From the NCBI GenBank assembly GCA_050011255.1, contig JBEKJK010000012.1, forward strand, positions 4,007 to 68,006: a DNA stretch of 64,000 nt, given 5' to 3'. Under the pieces are notes generated by a model. It was given only the letters and a program-made list of their open reading frames with translations, was not told the origin of the DNA and searched no databases. The stretch comes from Acidimicrobiales bacterium. Its GTDB lineage: Bacteria; Actinomycetota; Acidimicrobiia; Acidimicrobiales; UBA8190. Positions 27,465 through 36,342 of this stretch are shown in pieces (the first letter of the stretch is position 1; each line of letters starts with the position of its first letter). Both the position numbers and the translations under genes were made by a program.

Positions 27465-29301
27465 GGGCTGCGTGAGCTCTGTAAGGCTCGGGCACGAGCA
27501 ACTGCGGCAGGTCTCAGCGCTTCATCGCCGCAGGTTGTCGGGATGGCCAGGCGGAGCGGCGGTGTGGAGAAGCCCGATGGTGCTGGCTCTCACGCTCGGC
27601 ATCGGTGCGGCGACCCTTGTCCTGCGTCTCGTAGAGGGGGCATCGGGCCCCACGGACTGGGGCGCAGCTCAGTTCGTCCTCGGCTCCTTCCACTTCGACG
27701 TCACCCACGGCGCACCTTCGCCCCCTGGCTACTGGCTCTATGTCGCCTGTGGGCACGCGCTGCACGTGGTGACCGGTCTCGGCACTGTTCGCAGTCTTGT
27801 TCTTCTTGCCGCGCTCGCCTCGGCCGCGGCCGCCGCCCTGACGGTCGTGGCCGGCACGCTGCTCGTGGGCCGTTGGGTCGGAATCGCCGCCGCCGCGCTC
27901 GTGGCGTCGACCTCCATGTCGTGGTTCTGCGGCTCGATCGTCTCGACGTACAGCTTCTGCGCGCTCGTCGGGGTGCTGCTCGTCGTCCTGGCTCACCTGG
28001 CCCGTCCCGGGAGCGGCCACGGAATCGCCGCGGTGGTGGTCCTCGGGATCGGGACCGGGTTCATGCCGTGGGTCTTACCGATGTTCGCGCTGCTGGCGCT
28101 CGTGGCGCTGAGAGCCAGCGTCCGCAGCCCTCGCGAACTGCTCGTCCCGGTCGTCGCCGCCTTCGTCTCCATCGCGGTGTGGTTCGTTCCGATGGTCTGG
28201 GTACAGCCGGGGCACGTCGGATCGTGGCTGCATGCTGTTCGCGTCGAACTGAGCGTTGCAGCCCATGCTTCGTCTTTCTTGTACAGCGGGTCGGCTGCAG
28301 CGACCAATCTCGGCGTCTTCGGCGCCTACAGCATCCTGTCGCTGTGGCAGGCGATCGCTCTCGCTGTCGCTGCGGGGCTCGTCCTGAGTCTGGCGCGCCT
28401 CGTCACGCGCAGGCCTGCCGGGGACGTGAGCAGACGCATCTGGAGCGGCACCGGTTCGCGCCCGGATCTGTTTCGCGACTCCTCTTGGAGCCCGTGGTAC
28501 CAGCGAAGCGGCGTCATCCTCGCCGCGGCGATCCTTCCTCCCTTGGCCATCGTCACCGGCGGTCGCTTTCCCGCCGGCGGAGCCGTGCTCTCGTACCTCC
28601 CGAGCGCGACCATGCTCCTGCTGTGGCCTCTGTCGCGACTGATTCACCACCGCGTTCGCGCGCTTCGCCACTCGGGAGCAGTTGTGGCGACCATCGCCGT
28701 CGCCGTCGCCTGCGTCCTCAATTCCGAACAATTCCTCGAGAGGCCAGGGATCTTGCCGTCCAGCCTCACTCGTACGCTGAGCGGTCTATGGATATCGAAC
28801 CCGAGGTATGGGGCTCCGTACCCCGACACCGCGGCAGCGATCGCCGCCGCTGACAGAACAGAGGGCGCTGTCGGGTCACTCGGGCGCTTGGTCGACCGCC
28901 GGCGGGACGTGCTCGCGTTCGTCGCCGACACGAGCGGCCTCGCCTCGTCTGACAACGCAAGCGCGCCAAACGCAGCCACGTGCTTTCGCATCGCCGGTCT
29001 CGTCCTTCCTTTTTCGAGAATCGCGTTCGTCTCCAGTTCCTCGGTGAGGTACCTCGAACACACAGGCTCGCTCTACTACGAACGCTCGTCGCGCCTGGAG
29101 GTCGGGGGCGGAGGCCACGCGCTCTTCCTCGTGACGCCCGGGTCACGGGTGATGGCGCCGCTCGAAGGAGCCGGGCTGGCGACGTCCGCTGGACCTGACG
29201 TCGCCGGGTTCGCCGTCTGGAACGTGATGCCTGGCGCTTCGTTGTTCGGTATCACCGTCGTGCAAACCTCCGGTCCGCGCCCGCTCGGAGGCGCTATCTG
29301 A
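27454..29301 (+). CDS. Polytopic membrane protein, GT-C (PMT/ArnT-like) glycosyltransferase candidate
   Basis: More than 10 hydrophobic segments. First-loop motif FHFDVTHGAPSPPGYWLYV resembles GT39/GT83-type loops. The start is uncertain (27454 ATG or 27472 GTG). Confidence 0.6.
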   Translation: MGDEGCVSSVRLGHEQLRQVSALHRRRLSGWPGGAAVWRSPMVLALTLGIGAATLVLRLVEGASGPTDWGAAQFVLGSFHFDVTHGAPSPPGYWLYVACGHALHVVTGLGTVRSLVLLAALASAAAAALTVVAGTLLVGRWVGIAAAALVASTSMSWFCGSIVSTYSFCALVGVLLVVLAHLARPGSGHGIAAVVVLGIGTGFMPWVLPMFALLALVALRASVRSPRELLVPVVAAFVSIAVWFVPMVWVQPGHVGSWLHAVRVELSVAAHASSFLYSGSAAATNLGVFGAYSILSLWQAIALAVAAGLVLSLARLVTRRPAGDVSRRIWSGTGSRPDLFRDSSWSPWYQRSGVILAAAILPPLAIVTGGRFPAGGAVLSYLPSATMLLLWPLSRLIHHRVRALRHSGAVVATIAVAVACVLNSEQFLERPGILPSSLTRTLSGLWISNPRYGAPYPDTAAAIAAADRTEGAVGSLGRLVDRRRDVLAFVADTSGLASSDNASAPNAATCFRIAGLVLPFSRIAFVSSSSVRYLEHTGSLYYERSSRLEVGGGGHALFLVTPGSRVMAPLEGAGLATSAGPDVAGFAVWNVMPGASLFGITVVQTSGPRPLGGAI

Positions 29302-29350
29302 CACCTGCAACCTCCCCCTGTTACCTACAAACCTCCCCCTGACACCTACC
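29301..29350. repeat. Imperfect tandem repeat (about 20 bp x 2.4) rich in CCTCCCCCT, in a convergent intergenic gap
   Basis: acacctgcaacctccccctgt / tacctacaaacctccccctg / acacctacc. On the minus strand each unit reads AGGGGGAGG (strongly Shine-Dalgarno-like). Confidence 0.7.
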
Positions 29351-30146
29351 AGCTGCGCCGCAATCGACGGTACGTGAGGGGCGCGACCGCCCGGAAGAGC
29401 GCGGCCACGGCGGGCAGCCGCGAAGCACTGATGTCGAGCGCCGGGCCGCCGAGGCGCGCCAACACCAGGCTCGACACCTCCTCCTCGCTCCGACGCATGA
29501 CACGCGGCGGAGTCCGAAGGCCGCGCCGCAGGGCGCTCAGCCCCATCTCCGTCGGCATCCAGGCCGGGTAGACCACGTGCATGTGCACTCCATGTCTCGC
29601 GGCTCGGAAGCTGACGCTCTCTGTGAACGCACCGATTGCGGCCTTCGATGCCGGATAGGCGCCCGGCCCCGGAGACGGCAGGCGACCGCCGTCCGAGGAG
29701 ACATTGACAACTGTCCCCTGTCCGTGCTCGAACATCTTCGGCAACACCGCGAGCGTGCCGGCGACCACGGCGAAGAAGTTGACAGCGAAGGCGCGCTCGA
29801 AGTCCTCCACCGTGATGTCAGCCAGGCGGATCCCTGGGTCCATGGCCGCGTTGTTCACCAGTAGGTCGATCCGCTCGCGGTCCCGCTCGACCTCGCCGAG
29901 CAACCTCGTCCACGCTGCGACGTCGGTGACGTCGCAGCGGTGGCATGAAGAATGAGGCGAGAGGACGTGGAGCTCGGACTCGAGTTTCTCGAGCAGCTCC
30001 GAACGTCGAGCCACAGCGACAACCGTTGCGCCGGCGCCGGCCAGGTCAAGAGCCATGCGACGCCCGAGCCCTGAGGACGCGCCCGACACGACCGCCAACT
30101 TGCCCCGGTATCGCCCTCCGTAGTCCGGAGGCCGGCTGCTCCTCAT
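29346..30146 (-). CDS. Short-chain dehydrogenase/reductase (SDR)
   Basis: KLAVVSGASSGLGRRMALDLAGAGATVVAVAR (TGxxxGxG), NNAA, YPASKAA (YxxxK). The ATG at 30146 is preferred; the track ORF extends upstream through a non-coding repeat. Confidence 0.85.
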   Translation of the reverse strand: MRSSRPPDYGGRYRGKLAVVSGASSGLGRRMALDLAGAGATVVAVARRSELLEKLESELHVLSPHSSCHRCDVTDVAAWTRLLGEVERDRERIDLLVNNAAMDPGIRLADITVEDFERAFAVNFFAVVAGTLAVLPKMFEHGQGTVVNVSSDGGRLPSPGPGAYPASKAAIGAFTESVSFRAARHGVHMHVVYPAWMPTEMGLSALRRGLRTPPRVMRRSEEEVSSLVLARLGGPALDISASRLPAVAALFRAVAPLTYRRLRRSW

Positions 30147-30147
30147 G

Positions 30148-30204
30148 GGACCTCGCTCCTCTTCGGACCTCGCTCCTCTTCGGACCTCGCTCCTCTTCGG
30201 ACCT
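30148..30204. repeat. 17-bp tandem repeat x3 plus a 6-nt partial copy, abutting the SDR start codon
   Basis: The plus strand reads ggacctcgctcctcttc three times, then ggacct. On the coding (minus) strand this is GAAGAGGAGCGAGGTCC x3 followed by C-ATG. The unit length is not a multiple of 3. Confidence 0.85.
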
Positions 30205-30211
30205 GCACCGC

Positions 30212-31592
30212 CTACGAACCGCCCACATAGACGTGGATCACACTTCCTGTCACGACTGAGCTCGGAGTCCCTTGGACCCCCGGACCACCTGAGTCGGTCG
30301 TCAGGTCGTACGCGTTCCACTGCCGTCCGCCGGCTCGGTCGTTCACCCACTCGAGGAGATGGTTCTGCGGCCCGCGCGCGAAGACGTGGATGAAGCCCTC
30401 GCCGGCGTTCACCACCGCGCCCGGGGACCGGGAGATCCCCGAACCACCGGCAACGGCGCTCGGGTCATAGGCGTTCCAGAGGCGTCCTTGGGCAGCGTCG
30501 GAGACGAACTCGGAGAGGTCGCCGGGCTGGTAGGCACGAGAGGGGACGGTCGCGCAAGCGACAGAAGGGCTACGCAGGTCCGGCACGAGAGCACTGAAGA
30601 CGGGAGTGCCCAGACTCGAGGCCAGGTCGTAACGGGCTGTTGCCGGGTAGTAAGGACCCCCGGTGAACGGAGCCCCGTTGGAGTCGGTAGGCAGATACGG
30701 CGAAGGGGGCTGGTTGTCTCCGCAGACGACGTCGTTGAAGGGCTGGCTGTCGAGACACCCTGCCTGGTAGAGGGCAGGGTCCATGAGACCCACCGTCTCT
30801 TCGCCCGACCCTCGTAGGCCAGCGTGGCCAGCGCGGCCCACAGGGACACGCCCATGCTGGTACCACCCACCCCCTTCCAGCCGCCGTCGACGTACTCGCC
30901 GAACGGAGAGCTGACGGGATCGGAGTCCGCCGACACGTCGGGTACCTCGCGGCACGACCTCGTGGCGGGGGCTGAGCTCAACGGACACGCAGACGAGCTC
31001 GTGAACGCGCTCTGCACTCCAGGACCCGCTTGCCAGGCGGGCATCGTCCACTCGTCTGACACACCCCCTCCCCCGGCACCCTCGACGTTGTTCCATACCT
31101 GCTCGGTAGGTCGCGGCCCGAGAGAGCTGAGTGTCGTGCCTCCGACACCTGTGACCCACGGCTGACTCGCGGGGTCCTGCACTTCGAGCATCCGGGGAGC
31201 ATCGGTGCCGTCCCCGAAGCAGCCTTCGGAGCCCACGTCACCGGCGGCGGCGGCGACAGTCTGACCCTGGGAGGCGGCATGAGCGAAGAGCAACGCCTCC
31301 GCGTGGACCTGAGCCGCCCCGAGGTCCCGCTCCCACTCGCCCCAACTGATGGAGATCACCTTGACGGCGTCCTGATCGACCATCGCGGTGTACGTGCTGA
31401 GTACGACGGCATTCGAGGCATTCGATCCCACGTCGGAGCCCACGTACACCTTCACGCCCACCTGAGGCGCCATGCCCACCGCCCCGAGTTGCGCACCAGC
31501 GGGATCGGGGACGCCCCGGCCACAGCCGGGAGCTTGAGAGCCGTCACGAGCAGTCCCGCTGTTGCGACGAGAGAGGCAATCAGCCGTTTCAT
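30212..31592 (-). pseudogene. Sedolisin (S53)-like peptidase fused to a 2-blade WNxYDL repeat module; disrupted by two -1 frame changes and missing the N-terminal half of the catalytic domain
   Basis: Frame A: MKRLIASLVATAGLLVTALKLPAVAGA signal peptide (ATG at 31592, AAGGGGGAC upstream) hits a stop after about 46 codons. Frame B (track ORF 30409-31755): VKVISISWGEWE...AAAGDVGSEGC...WVTGVGGTTL...VPDVSADSDP...GGTSMGVSLWAALATLAYEG. Frame C (track ORF 30212-31159): SGEETVGLMDPALYQAG...LSEFVSDAAQGRLWNAYDP...QWNAYDL...VIHVYVGGS. Confidence 0.6.
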
Positions 31593-31851
31593 GTCCCCCT
31601 TTGCGAATTTCCGACGCTGACGAGAACCAAAGCGGCCGAGGAGCCTCGGAGGCTACGGTCCGACAGACCCGGGACGGCTCTCGCAGTACGTGCCACGGTG
31701 CGCTTGCGCACCATAGTGCGTCACCACTGCGCCTTCTGTAGTGTTCACAATCCAAATGGTGATGTCACGCGTCGAGTGTGGTGTCTGATACGCGACCTCG
31801 TGGAGAACAGACGTCCCCGACAACACTGACCCCGAATCATCGTTCTCGCCG

Positions 31852-33624
31852 GTGCCCGAAGTGAAACGTGGCGCCCACACCTCGTCTCACCCCTCGACGT
31901 GGCGGAGTGTCGCGCCCACGGTCCTCGCAATCGGGATCTACGCGGCCATCGCGGTCGTGGCGTTCTGGCATGCGTGGGCCGCAGACCCGAACTCGTTCGC
32001 CCTCTCCGGAGGTGGAGACCAGGCGGCATCCATGTGGTTCCTCACCTGGGCTCCCTACGCCGTCTTGCACGGGCACAACCCGCTCTTCTCGAACTACGGG
32101 AATTACCCCTTCGGCGTCAACTTGGTGGCGAACACCAGCACGCTGCCACTGGGTCTTCTCGCCGCCCCGGTCACGTTGCTCTTCGGGCAGGTCGTCAGCT
32201 TCAACCTGCTCGGGACCCTGGCTCTGGTCGCTTCGGCGGCGGCCGCGTACGCGCTCGTGCGACGCTTCACCAGCTGGCGACCAGCCGCATTCGCCGGCGG
32301 GCTCCTCTACGGATTCTCGCCCTACATGGTGGCCCAGGGGATCGGGCACCTGAACCTCGTGTTCGTCCCACTGCCACCTCTGATCCTCCTCGTCGTCCAC
32401 GACTTGGTCGTCCGTCAGCGCGGGCGGCCGGTCTGGCAGGGAGCGGTGCTCGGTCTTCTCGTCGTCGTGCAATTCTTCATCTCGAGCGAAGTGCTACTGG
32501 GAACGATCGTGATCGGGGCCGCCGGCGTGCTCGTGGCCGCGTTGTTCGCGAGAAGGGAGATTCGCGACCGTTTCCGCTACACCGTCACCGCCTTGGCGAG
32601 TGCCGCCTTCGTATCCCTGGTGCTCCTCTCCTACCCCGTATGGTTCCTGGTCGCGGGTCCCGCGCACGTGGTCGGGCCCATTCAGGCCCATCCCCAGATC
32701 TACCGCGCGGACCTTCTGGGCCCGATCCTTCCCGACAGCCTCCAACGCTTCGCCCCCGCGACGTTCACCCGAATCGCCGATCGGTTCGCGGGCAACGGGA
32801 GCGAGAACGGCTCTTACCTCGGGCTCCCGTTGGTGGTGGTGATCGCGGCAAGTACCATCGCCCTCCGGCGCGTGGCGGTCGTGCGGGTGGCGGCAATCCT
32901 GTGCGCCGTCGCGTTCGTGCTCTCACTCGGCTCGCGGCTGATGGTGGACAACCGCACGACCGGGGTCCCCATGCCAGAAGGGGTCTTCGACAAGCTTCCT
33001 CTCTTCAACAACGCCCTCCCGGTCCGCTTCTCTTTGTACGTCTCCCTTTGCGGCGCAGTCATCCTCGGAGTCGTCCTGGAGCGGATCCGACGTGCTCGGC
33101 TCGGGCGGAACAGGGCGGCGTCATTGGCAGCCCCTGCGCTGGTGGCGGTCGCCGTCTTTCTGCCGCTGGTCCCCGCCTGGCCGTACGTGATGCAGCCGAC
33201 GGGCGTGCCCAGCTACTTCACCTCGAGGGCCGCAGAAGCGATTCCGCCGGACACGGTCACTCTCGTCTACCCGTTCCCCGACGCGAGCTTCGCCAACCCG
33301 GAGAACTGGCAGGCAACCACGTTCCTCAGATTCAAGCTGCCCGGAGGGCGCTTCATCGTTCCTCAGCCGCGCGGTGCGGCGTCTTCGAGCCGCCCGTCGT
33401 TGACCGACACCACGCTCAGCGCTCTTTCCACGGGAACGCCTCCGCGGCGGACCACCTCGCTGCGCGTCCGGATCCAGGCGCAATTGCGCTCTTGGCACGT
33501 TCGCAACGTCGTGGCCATACCCACAGGAGCCAACTTCGCCCAGGCCGAGACGTATCTCACATGGTTGCTCGGGCGCCCCCCGACCCACTCCGCCGGAGCC
33601 GACACCTGGTACGGCTGGCGCTGA
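31852..33624 (+). CDS. Polytopic membrane protein, GT-C-like candidate
   Basis: About 12 or more hydrophobic segments. First-loop SGGGDQAASMWFLTWAPYAVLHGHNPLFSNYGNYPFGVN. The alternative overlapping 595-aa ORF (31899-33686) is Arg-rich and non-protein-like. Confidence 0.65.
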   Translation: MPEVKRGAHTSSHPSTWRSVAPTVLAIGIYAAIAVVAFWHAWAADPNSFALSGGGDQAASMWFLTWAPYAVLHGHNPLFSNYGNYPFGVNLVANTSTLPLGLLAAPVTLLFGQVVSFNLLGTLALVASAAAAYALVRRFTSWRPAAFAGGLLYGFSPYMVAQGIGHLNLVFVPLPPLILLVVHDLVVRQRGRPVWQGAVLGLLVVVQFFISSEVLLGTIVIGAAGVLVAALFARREIRDRFRYTVTALASAAFVSLVLLSYPVWFLVAGPAHVVGPIQAHPQIYRADLLGPILPDSLQRFAPATFTRIADRFAGNGSENGSYLGLPLVVVIAASTIALRRVAVVRVAAILCAVAFVLSLGSRLMVDNRTTGVPMPEGVFDKLPLFNNALPVRFSLYVSLCGAVILGVVLERIRRARLGRNRAASLAAPALVAVAVFLPLVPAWPYVMQPTGVPSYFTSRAAEAIPPDTVTLVYPFPDASFANPENWQATTFLRFKLPGGRFIVPQPRGAASSSRPSLTDTTLSALSTGTPPRRTTSLRVRIQAQLRSWHVRNVVAIPTGANFAQAETYLTWLLGRPPTHSAGADTWYGWR

Positions 33625-33733
33625 CCCGGTCGACCGACGAGGGAACGTGCCGCCAGGGCCGTCGGTCACGAGTTGGCAGCGTGTGAGATCCTCGCGATCT
33701 CGGCGATCGACCAGAGACGATCGACCGGATCGG

Positions 33734-35692
33734 TCACGGGCCGCAGTCCACGCCGCTGTCGGAGAACTGGATCGTGTTGTACGGGGCCCCCCACCCTCGC
33801 ACAGTGTTCTCGTCGGCCAACGACGGACAGGACCCGAAGTAGCCGATGTACCCGGTGACGTTGGAACCTGGTCTGCCGAAGCTGCCTCCCGGGATGAACG
33901 GCTCGTTTCCCTGAATCGGGCTCACGGCGATGAAAGCGGGTAGGCCGATCGCCGACAGATCGTTGGTGTAGTACTGCGACTGGTTCGCGTAGAAAGCAGG
34001 ATGAAGTGCCGAGTCCACCGACGTGATCCCCGCCGACCAGCCGTACAGCCACGCCCCCCAGTCCCAGAGCGTCCCCGGCGTGCCGTTGTACCCCTCGGGG
34101 TCGAGGATCACCCAGTCCGGCCTCGTGGCGTCGGTCTCGTAGTCCCGATCGATCGCCTGAGCGGCGGTCTGCCCGGCCTGGTACCCGTCGCTGTTCCACG
34201 AGTCGCCACCGGCCGGGCCGCTCACCGTCCAGAACGAGAGCCACGTGACCCGTACCCGCAAGGCCACGATCGCCTCGCCCACATTGAGGTCCGGGGTGCT
34301 AGGGAGCTGGGCGGTGTAGGGGGCGCCCGTCGTCCCGAGCCCGCCCGTGTCCCCCAGGACGGGCCACTCGTCGCCTATGGCTTGGCCTGCCGCGGTCCAG
34401 GATGCGAATCCGTAGACCCCCACCCCCGTCTTCGGTGGTCCGCCGGGCGCCAGTGGCCCTCCCGCGTAGACGTGTACCACGGAGTTCCAGACGACCGCGC
34501 TCGGATCGCTTCCGATTGTAGGTCCCGCCGACGTGGTGGTCAGGTCGTACGCGTTCCAGAGGTGGCCTCCGGCTCCATTTGGTAGGTACTCGACCAGGTC
34601 GTCGCTCGACGGGCGTACGAAGAGCTCGATCAACCCCGTAGACGGATCGACGACGGCACTCGGGGTGCCCGACACCGGACCCCCGTTGAACGCCAACGCA
34701 CTCAAGTCGTACGCGTTCCACAGACGTCCCCAGGCCCCGTCGTTCACGTACTCCACGATGTCGCCGGCCCAGCTCCGGACGAACACGTGGACCAACCCCT
34801 GAGCGCCCGAGTAAAGAGCATCGGGGGTGCCGCCTATCGCGCTCCCCGCGCCCGCCAGACCGGTCAAGTCGTACGCGTTCCACACACGCCCCCAAGCATG
34901 GTCGGAGACGTACTCCATCATGTGCCCGTCGGAGCCTTCGGCGTAGACGTGGATGAAATCCTGAGCCGGCTGGTAGAGGGCACCGGGCGGGCTTGCGATG
35001 GTTCCTCCACCGCCCGCGAACACGCTGAGGTCGTAGGCGTTCCAGACGTGCCCGGCCGCGTGATCCGAGAGGTACTCGACCAGGTTGCCGTTCGCGCTCT
35101 GGGCGTAGACGTGAACGAGATCCTGTCCCGCGTCGTACACCGCGCTCGGCGCCCCGGCTATCGGTCCCCCACCGCCCGCGAACACGCTCAGGTCGTAGAC
35201 GTTCCAAGGGTGTCCGCCCAGGCCATCGTTCACGTACTCGAGCAGGTCGCCATTGGTGCCCTGGGCATAGACGTGGAGCAGCCCTTGCGCGGTGTCGTAG
35301 ACCGCGTCCGGCGCCCCGCCCAGCCCCGTGGTGGACGCGGCTTGGGACGTGAGGTCGTAGGTGCTCCAGGCCTGGCCGGACGATCTTCCGTCGTTCACGT
35401 ACTGAACCAGCTCCGTGTCCGCGGCGCGACCGAAGACGTGCACGAGCCCGTCGCGAGCATCGGAGATCGCGTTGGGGTCGCCGATGAAGGTGGGACCGTT
35501 CAGGTTCGCAGTCTGGTCATAGGCGTTCCAGGCACGCCCGCTCGCGTTATCGGCGACGAATTCCTGAAGCGGCAATGCAGCACCGGGCACCTCGGCCGCC
35601 CTTGCCGACGGAGGGGGCGCAGTGAACACGACCACACCTACCAGCACCACCGGTGCGAGCACCAGCACTACGGCAAGAAGGCGTCTGGACAT
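33734..35692 (-). CDS. Secreted 7-blade WNxYDL/IHVY beta-propeller-repeat protein with a C-terminal glycoside-hydrolase-like domain
   Basis: N-terminal hydrophobic signal/anchor MSRRLLAVVLVLAPVVLVGVVVF. Seven repeats marked by AWNAYDQ, AWSTYDL, PWNVYDL, VWNAYDL, VWNAYDL, LWNAYDL, LWNAYDL, each followed by (L/V/I)(V/I)HV(Y/F). About 230-aa C-domain (YGFASWTAAGQ...DWVILDPEGYNGTPG...PAFYANQSQYY), tentatively DUF1906/GH25-like. Confidence 0.8.
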   Translation of the reverse strand: MSRRLLAVVLVLAPVVLVGVVVFTAPPPSARAAEVPGAALPLQEFVADNASGRAWNAYDQTANLNGPTFIGDPNAISDARDGLVHVFGRAADTELVQYVNDGRSSGQAWSTYDLTSQAASTTGLGGAPDAVYDTAQGLLHVYAQGTNGDLLEYVNDGLGGHPWNVYDLSVFAGGGGPIAGAPSAVYDAGQDLVHVYAQSANGNLVEYLSDHAAGHVWNAYDLSVFAGGGGTIASPPGALYQPAQDFIHVYAEGSDGHMMEYVSDHAWGRVWNAYDLTGLAGAGSAIGGTPDALYSGAQGLVHVFVRSWAGDIVEYVNDGAWGRLWNAYDLSALAFNGGPVSGTPSAVVDPSTGLIELFVRPSSDDLVEYLPNGAGGHLWNAYDLTTTSAGPTIGSDPSAVVWNSVVHVYAGGPLAPGGPPKTGVGVYGFASWTAAGQAIGDEWPVLGDTGGLGTTGAPYTAQLPSTPDLNVGEAIVALRVRVTWLSFWTVSGPAGGDSWNSDGYQAGQTAAQAIDRDYETDATRPDWVILDPEGYNGTPGTLWDWGAWLYGWSAGITSVDSALHPAFYANQSQYYTNDLSAIGLPAFIAVSPIQGNEPFIPGGSFGRPGSNVTGYIGYFGSCPSLADENTVRGWGAPYNTIQFSDSGVDCGP

Positions 35693-35933
35693 GGGCTATT
35701 CACCACCTCGCTTGCCGGAGAGCGAGCGACATCAGCCGCGGGAGCAGGTTACGCCGACCGGGACGAACACTAGCAGCGGCTCACGGCGGTCGAGGTAACC
35801 ACGGCCGCTTGCGCGAAAGTCCAGTAGATTGGGAGTTTGTCGTGATTCACCGACTGCACCTGCTGACGTCGCAGGTCGGGAGAGATTGCCCACCTGCAGC
35901 CACTTGGAAGAGGAGGCGCGAGGACTTCGTGCG

Positions 35934-36311
35934 ATGAGCGCTGAACCGTGGTTGAAACGCGTCCTGCGGAGCTTCTTGAAGCGCCTCTTCCAACCTATCT
36001 TGACGCGCGCGTATGCGCGGATCGATCTACGTATCGAAGCTTTGACGCGGGAACTGAACGAGACGGTGGGCGAGCTGAGTGCCCTCCGCCGGGACATAGA
36101 CCGAACGGTGACCACCGTTCTCAACGCGCTTTCGAACCAGAACGCGAGCGCGCGACTACAGGCCAGAGCACTCGAGATGGAGCACGCCCGCTTGGCAGAG
36201 GAGATCTCGAGACAGATCGAGCTCGTGCGCAAAGAGATCACGCTGGAAGCCGGCTACGGACCACCTGTCGATGCGCGAGAAGACGTCGAGACGAACGTGC
36301 TCGACAGCTAG
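35934..36311 (+). CDS. Coiled-coil protein (125 aa)
   Basis: RIDLRIEALTRELNETVGELSALRRDIDRTV...LEMEHARLAEEISRQIELVRKEI. Immediately upstream of the GT genes. Confidence 0.55.
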   Translation: MSAEPWLKRVLRSFLKRLFQPILTRAYARIDLRIEALTRELNETVGELSALRRDIDRTVTTVLNALSNQNASARLQARALEMEHARLAEEISRQIELVRKEITLEAGYGPPVDAREDVETNVLDS

Positions 36312-36342
36312 ACGTCCTGCTACCTCCGAAAGCGCCGAGCCG

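Noticed and set aside
27543-28853. 436-aa plus-strand ORF in another frame of the GT-C-like gene.
   Set aside because: The product is extremely Arg-rich. The chosen frame gives regular hydrophobic helices.
31899-33686. 595-aa plus-strand ORF, slightly longer than the chosen 590-aa frame.
   Set aside because: The product is Arg/Pro/Gly-rich with no hydrophobic periodicity. The 31852-33624 frame encodes a coherent polytopic membrane protein.
34299-35207. 302-aa minus-strand ORF and 328-aa plus-strand ORF (34787-35773) inside the propeller gene.
   Set aside because: They are off-frame or antisense translations of the repeat region. Only the 33734-35692 frame gives the WNxYDL/IHVY periodicity.
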